Below, one piece after another: positions 59,306 to 64,000 of a DNA stretch of 64,000 nt (position 1 is its first letter; each line of letters begins with the position of its first letter). Origin of the DNA: Azolla caroliniana (Eukaryota; Plantae; Polypodiophyta); assembly GCA_043228905.1 (NCBI GenBank), contig JBHGNT010000002.1, positions 9,362,001 to 9,426,000 of the forward strand, given 5' to 3'. Below the pieces are notes generated by a model. The model was not told the origin of the DNA and made no database searches. It was given only the letters and a program-made list of their open reading frames with translations. The translations under genes and the position numbers were made by a program.

Positions 59306-62305
59306 AGTTTTAAGTTGGTGACGGAAGAGAAGAGAGTCGAGAATTTGGTCGACCTCATATTCTTCTCCGGTTGAGAGCTGTATTGGTGGTGGAGGAGGTG
59401 GGTGTCGACCGTGGATTTCAAATATATGGCAAGGTTCTAGAAGGGAGACAGGGAATACATTATGAATACAAAAGTGGGATGGTGGCTCTAAGCGGACAAC
59501 CATGGAACCAATTTTCTAAATGATTCGGAAAGGGCCTAACTTCTTGTAATCAAGCTTCGGACAAGGACGAGTGGTGGCAATATTGCGACAGAGAAGCCAA
59601 ACAAAGTCTCCTACCTCGAACTAGGGAGCATCTAAGCGATGGCGGTCAACTTGCTTCTTGTAACGTTCGCCAGCGAGGATGAGCTCCAAGGAAAGACCGC
59701 GATGTACATCCTCCAATAGACGTGCCCGATCCTCCATAGAAGGATTGCCAGAGTCAAAGGGAAGCGAAATGTTGAAGTGCGGGTGGAGACCGTAGTTGGC
59801 GAAAAATCGAGTAACTCCTATAGATTGTAGAGAGTTGTTGTAGGCGTACTCGGCAAGTGGGAGAAGGTCAACCCATTTGTCTTCTTGGTAACTAAGAGAG
59901 CACCACAAGTATTGTTCCAAGATTTGGTTAACCCACTCCGTTTGTCCATTGGTTTGCGGATGATAAGCGGAAGATAGATTCACAGTACAACCGAATGTTT
60001 GCAAAAGGCACCGCTAGAAATTGGAAACAAATTGTGGTCCTCGATCAAAAGTGATCTCGTTCGGGAGTCCATGTAGTTGAACCACATTTTTGAAAAATAA
60101 ATCAACTGTCTCCTCTCCGGTAATGGTTTTGGCACATGGAGCAAAATGAGCCATCTTGGTGAAGCGATCTACCATGACGAATACCGAGTCATAACCACTA
60201 ACAAAGGGAAGGTCAGTGATGAAGTCCATGGAAAGAGAGGCCCAAGACCGTTTGGGGATTGGAAAAGGGCGAAGGAGACCATATGGTCGATGATGAGATA
60301 CTTTAGAGTGAGCACAAACGTCACATGACTTAACGAACTCTTTGACCAATTTCCATGGTTGTGGCCATCAGTATCCCCGAGATATCAACTCCAAGGTTTT
60401 CGCAATGCCAAAATGACCAACAAGTGGATCATTGTGACACTCGTGAAGCACCCTTGTCCGACAAGGACCTTCTGGGACATACAAAAGATTATCTCAAAAC
60501 AAAAGATTGTCCTGAATTGTAAAATGAGCTAAATCAGGTCTTTTAGGTTCATGGGAGGGGTTTGTGATACTTGCCTGGACCTCTGTGGCGAACTTGTCAG
60601 TCGTAGTGGCTTCTGCTATTTGCTTGAGCAAAGAGTCATCCCAAAGCAAGCAAGTCGCGAAGTTGTAGAATTGGTTAGGCTTTAATAAACTCTAGGACTA
60701 CTGAACAGAGTGAGCTCGAACTCAAACCGACGGGATAAGACATCGGATGTCGTGTGTTGAGCGCCTGGTCAAAAGATTATCTCAAAATCATAGTTTGCCA
60801 AGAAGGTCGACCATTGCGCTTGTCTACGATTTAAGGTTCGTGTGGTAGAAAAGTATATTAGATTTTTGTGATTGGTAATCACATGGATACGATGTTGCGC
60901 CCCAGCTAAATAGGATCTCCATTCTTCAAAAGTAGCAATAATAGCGAGAAGCTCCTTGTCGTATATGGGGTAGTTAATTTCTGGGGCCGTGAATTTGCGG
61001 GAGTAGTAAGCCACCAGGTGAAAGGATCGCCCCAATGGCGAAATCGGAAGCATCTGTTTTGACCTTGAAAGGCTTATTTGGGTCACGATGTAAAAGACCG
61101 GTGCCATAGTAAAGGCTTGTTTCAACAAGTCATATGCCTTTTAGGCAGTTGTTGTCCATTCGAAAGTAGCATCCTTGTGGGTAGGAGCAATGAGAGGTTG
61201 TGCGATCACTGAGAATCCTTTGATGAAGCGACGATAAAAATTGGCAAAACCAAGGAATGATTGCACCTCTCGTACCCAAGTTGGGACAACCCACTCTTGG
61301 ATAGTCTTGACTTTCCATGTGTCCATTGAGATTCCTTGTGTCGAAATGACATACCCAAGAAGTACGATCAGATTCACATTTTTCACTTTTAGCATAGAGT
61401 CTGTGCTCGCGAAGTTTGGCAAGGACTAACCTGACATGTCGAGTATCCTCCTTGATGTTCAAAGAGAAAACCAAGATATCATCTAGATAGATCACAACAA
61501 AGTGATGTAGATATTCTTGGAATATGTCATTCATCATATGTTGAAATACTACAGGAGCATTAGTGAGGCCGAAAGGCATTACCTTATACTCGAAATGTCC
61601 GTAGTGCGTTCTAAAGGTGGTTTTCCATTCATCTCCAGGTTTGATCCGTACCAAATTGTATGCTCCCCCCCGTAGGTCAATCTTCGAGAAGACCTTCCGA
61701 GTCCGGAGTCGATCCAACAACTCTGGGATGAGAGGTAGTGGGTACCGGTTGCGAACAATAATCTTGTTTAGACCCCGATAGTTGATGCAGAGGTGTAAGG
61801 ATCCATCTTTTTCTTCACGAACAAAATAGGATCTCCTGCTGGTGATTTTGAGGGTTGAATTAAACCCTTTTCAAGGTTCTCGTCGAGACACGTTCGGAGT
61901 GCCTGGAGTTCTGGTTCCGACAACCCATAAATTGGGCCAAAGGGAGGACTAGCACCTTCTTGCAGATCAATCGGACAATCGTAGCGTCGATGCTCAAACA
62001 AGTGATCAACATTCTTTTTCTCAAATACATCCTTGAAGTCTTCATACTTGGACGGTAGTGAATCAGTAGCTGTCCTCATTGGATTGCTTCATGAGGCACT
62101 ATGCACTATTTTCCTTGTTGTGACTAGGATGTGAGCATCTGCCTTCGAGCTGATTCCTGCATTAATGGGAGGGTGAGCGCCTGCAACAACATGAGATATT
62201 GCTTGCACCTTCGAACTAGTTTGGGAGAAAGTAATCAAGACTTGATTGTGCCAATCAACAAGTGGATTCTGTGCCTTCAGCCAAGAGAAACCGAGGATGC
62301 CTGGA
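59306..62305 (-). mobile_element. Degenerate Tcn1-like chromovirus pol 'GyH' (PR end, RT, RNase H, INT, truncated chromodomain)
   Basis: [60 protein letters not shown]; chromodomain breaks into ndhB and no 3' LTR is present. Confidence 0.92.
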
Positions 62306-62749
62306 TGTCACGGTGAAGTGATAACATAAAACATTAAGGCCTCCTGTGTCAAGATTCGAACTCTTGACACGACCATGTTATAATCTACTATTATGAGTTA
62401 ACCAAGATATCTAGTACTAGTTATGTATGTAATTGGTCCTTATTATTTTGCTAGCATCATGTGCATAGTTGCTCCCTTGTAGTATTTACACTTGGCACAT
62501 GCATGCATACCTACACGCTCTATTGTAGATTCACATGCGTGCAACAAGTGTGCATGCCATGTAGTATAAATAGAGGAGTTCACCTTGAAGGAATTCAAGG
62601 TGAACAACACCAGTTATGGAGTCTTTCCTTTAGTACTATCTTCTTTCTTGTCCATTTGGTTATCTTCTTGGTTGTCTCTTGAGTTTATGATCCGTGACAG
62701 TTTGTTCACCTTCCCATCCTCATAGCTCTCCCTCTCATAAGCCATAGCT

Positions 62750-63766
62750 ATGTCCGACTCAACTAGTGAGTTAGGCCAAATAATGGTAGCCTTACGACAA
62801 CTACAGCTTGAAAATGAAGCTCTTCGAAATTCTTTACAAGAACTTCAAGTCGGTACCTCCGTATCCTCACAACCCCCGAACCCTAGTCTCCCACAACAAC
62901 CTAGCCTAGAGCCCGATCTTCTACCAACATCTAGCCTAGCTTCGTCACAGTTTCTTGAGCCTAAGGTTAGCCTCCCAGAAAAATTTGATGGAACGAGGTC
63001 GCGTTTCCGAGGGTTCATCAACCAAGTTCGACTTATCATTCGGCTACAACCTCAACGTTATGGAGATGGTCTTCGACAAGTCGGTCTTGTGGGCACCCTT
63101 CTCTCCGGTCCGGCCCAAGCTTGGTTTGCACCATTGGTAGAAACCTCATCACCTTTATTGGAGGACTTTCCCGCCTTCCTCGCCGAGTTAGAGGCCACAT
63201 TTGGAGAGACGGACCGACGACGTACAGCTCTTAACAAGATTTATGCACTCGAACAAGGTTCACGTGCAGCTTCGGTCTATGCTTCCGAATTTCGACAACT
63301 AGCATGCGACGTCAATTGGGATGATCAAGCTTTAGTTGATCACTTTCGGCGCGGTCTTCGAAGCAATGTCAAGAATCTTCTCTTAAACTTTCCGGAGCCC
63401 ACCTCGTTATCCCAAGCGATTTCACAAGCAGTCCATTGTGACAATCGTCTTTTCGAATTTCGCCAAGAAGAGCGCCGAACTTGGGTTCCACCTCATTCAC
63501 TTCCACGCCACGCCCCAGTCATACAACCCCAAGCATCCTCACACTCCCCTACTTCGGCAGATGCTCCTGTCCCCATGGAAATTGATCAAGCCCGATTTCG
63601 GCCATTGACTGATGCTGAACGACAATTTCGGCGGGCTAATGGCTTGTGCATGTATTGTGGCGCCTCCGGTCATGTCGTTCACCATTGTCCTAGGAGTACT
63701 CGCCCACAATTCCATCGAGCTAACGGACCCCAACATCCGGAAAACGACATCGTTCGGTTGCAGTAG
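62750..63766 (+). CDS. GyI Gag (retrotransposon gag domain plus CCHC zinc knuckle)
   Basis: 338-aa ORF: EPKVSLPEKFDG, LLSGPAQAWF, PVPMEID, CMYCGASGHVVHHC. Confidence 0.93.
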   Translation: MSDSTSELGQIMVALRQLQLENEALRNSLQELQVGTSVSSQPPNPSLPQQPSLEPDLLPTSSLASSQFLEPKVSLPEKFDGTRSRFRGFINQVRLIIRLQPQRYGDGLRQVGLVGTLLSGPAQAWFAPLVETSSPLLEDFPAFLAELEATFGETDRRRTALNKIYALEQGSRAASVYASEFRQLACDVNWDDQALVDHFRRGLRSNVKNLLLNFPEPTSLSQAISQAVHCDNRLFEFRQEERRTWVPPHSLPRHAPVIQPQASSHSPTSADAPVPMEIDQARFRPLTDAERQFRRANGLCMYCGASGHVVHHCPRSTRPQFHRANGPQHPENDIVRLQ

Positions 63767-64000
63767 GAGCCATGCAACTGGACATCTCCCGTCGCCCACA
63801 TTCTCTTGGTTCCATTGCCGGACCATCAGGCAATTTCACATTGGAGGTATGGCTTTCGTTTAACTCTAGTTCCATTCAATCTGTTGCTTTACTTGATTCT
63901 GGGGCATCTTCTTGCTTCATCGACGTCGCGTTTGCCCAAGCACATGGCGTACCTGTCGTTGGCCTCTCAAAACCCATTCCAGTTGAAGCCATCGACGGGT
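63724..64000 (+). CDS. GyI Pol N-terminus (aspartic protease) in the -1 frame relative to gag, partial
   Basis: Frame opens after TAA 63721-63723, overlaps the gag end, encodes VALLDSGASSCFIDVAFAQ...VEAIDG. Confidence 0.85.
63739..63783 (+). promoter_or_regulatory. Putative -1 ribosomal frameshift signal
   Basis: G_GAA_AAC heptamer, 6-nt spacer, 11-bp stem GTTCGGTTGCA/TGCAACTGGAC (two G-U pairs) with a 10-nt loop. Confidence 0.75.

Larger units (their letters stand above)
62306..64000 (+). mobile_element. Young Tcn1-like Gypsy 'GyI' inserted in the GyH protease; 5' LTR 62306-62699; continues beyond the window
   Basis: 8-bp terminal inverted repeat TGTCACGG/CCGTGACA; TATAAATA at 62565; intact gag; protease LLDSGASSCFID at ~63889. 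Confidence 0.92.

Noticed and set aside
62347-62369. TGTCAAGA..TCTTGACA as the start of the GyI LTR
   Set aside because: TGTCACGG at 62306 gives a perfect 8-bp inverted repeat with the LTR end and coincides with the break in GyH; 62347 is an internal hairpin.

Overview
Eukaryotic nuclear, repeat-dense DNA from a land plant with no intact host gene. It is probably a non-seed plant such as a fern (inferred from unedited C-to-U codons in the organellar fragments and from Tcn1-like chromoviruses). About three quarters of the window is a nested stack of LTR retrotransposons: five Copia elements (one very young and nearly intact, 44111-49852), several solo LTRs, and five Gypsy elements. Several can be delimited exactly by LTR pairs, PBS, PPT and 5-bp target-site duplications. 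The rest (about 15 kb: ~27505-34710, ~35783-37124, 52710-~59305) is a scrambled patchwork of dozens of 40-400 bp plastid fragments plus at least two mitochondrial fragments (nad5, atp1), in both orientations. The patchwork is fused directly into Gypsy integrase sequence at both outer ends, and 7.2 kb of it replaces part of the integrase core of one apparently collinear chromovirus. Other highlights are a Tf1-like self-priming PBS and a conserved -1 frameshift cassette in the Tcn1-like elements, a gag swap between two Tnt1-like elements, and a long extra ORF in a non-chromovirus Gypsy. All identifications come from reading the sequence and from remembered protein/tRNA motifs; no searches were run, and fragment boundaries are approximate.
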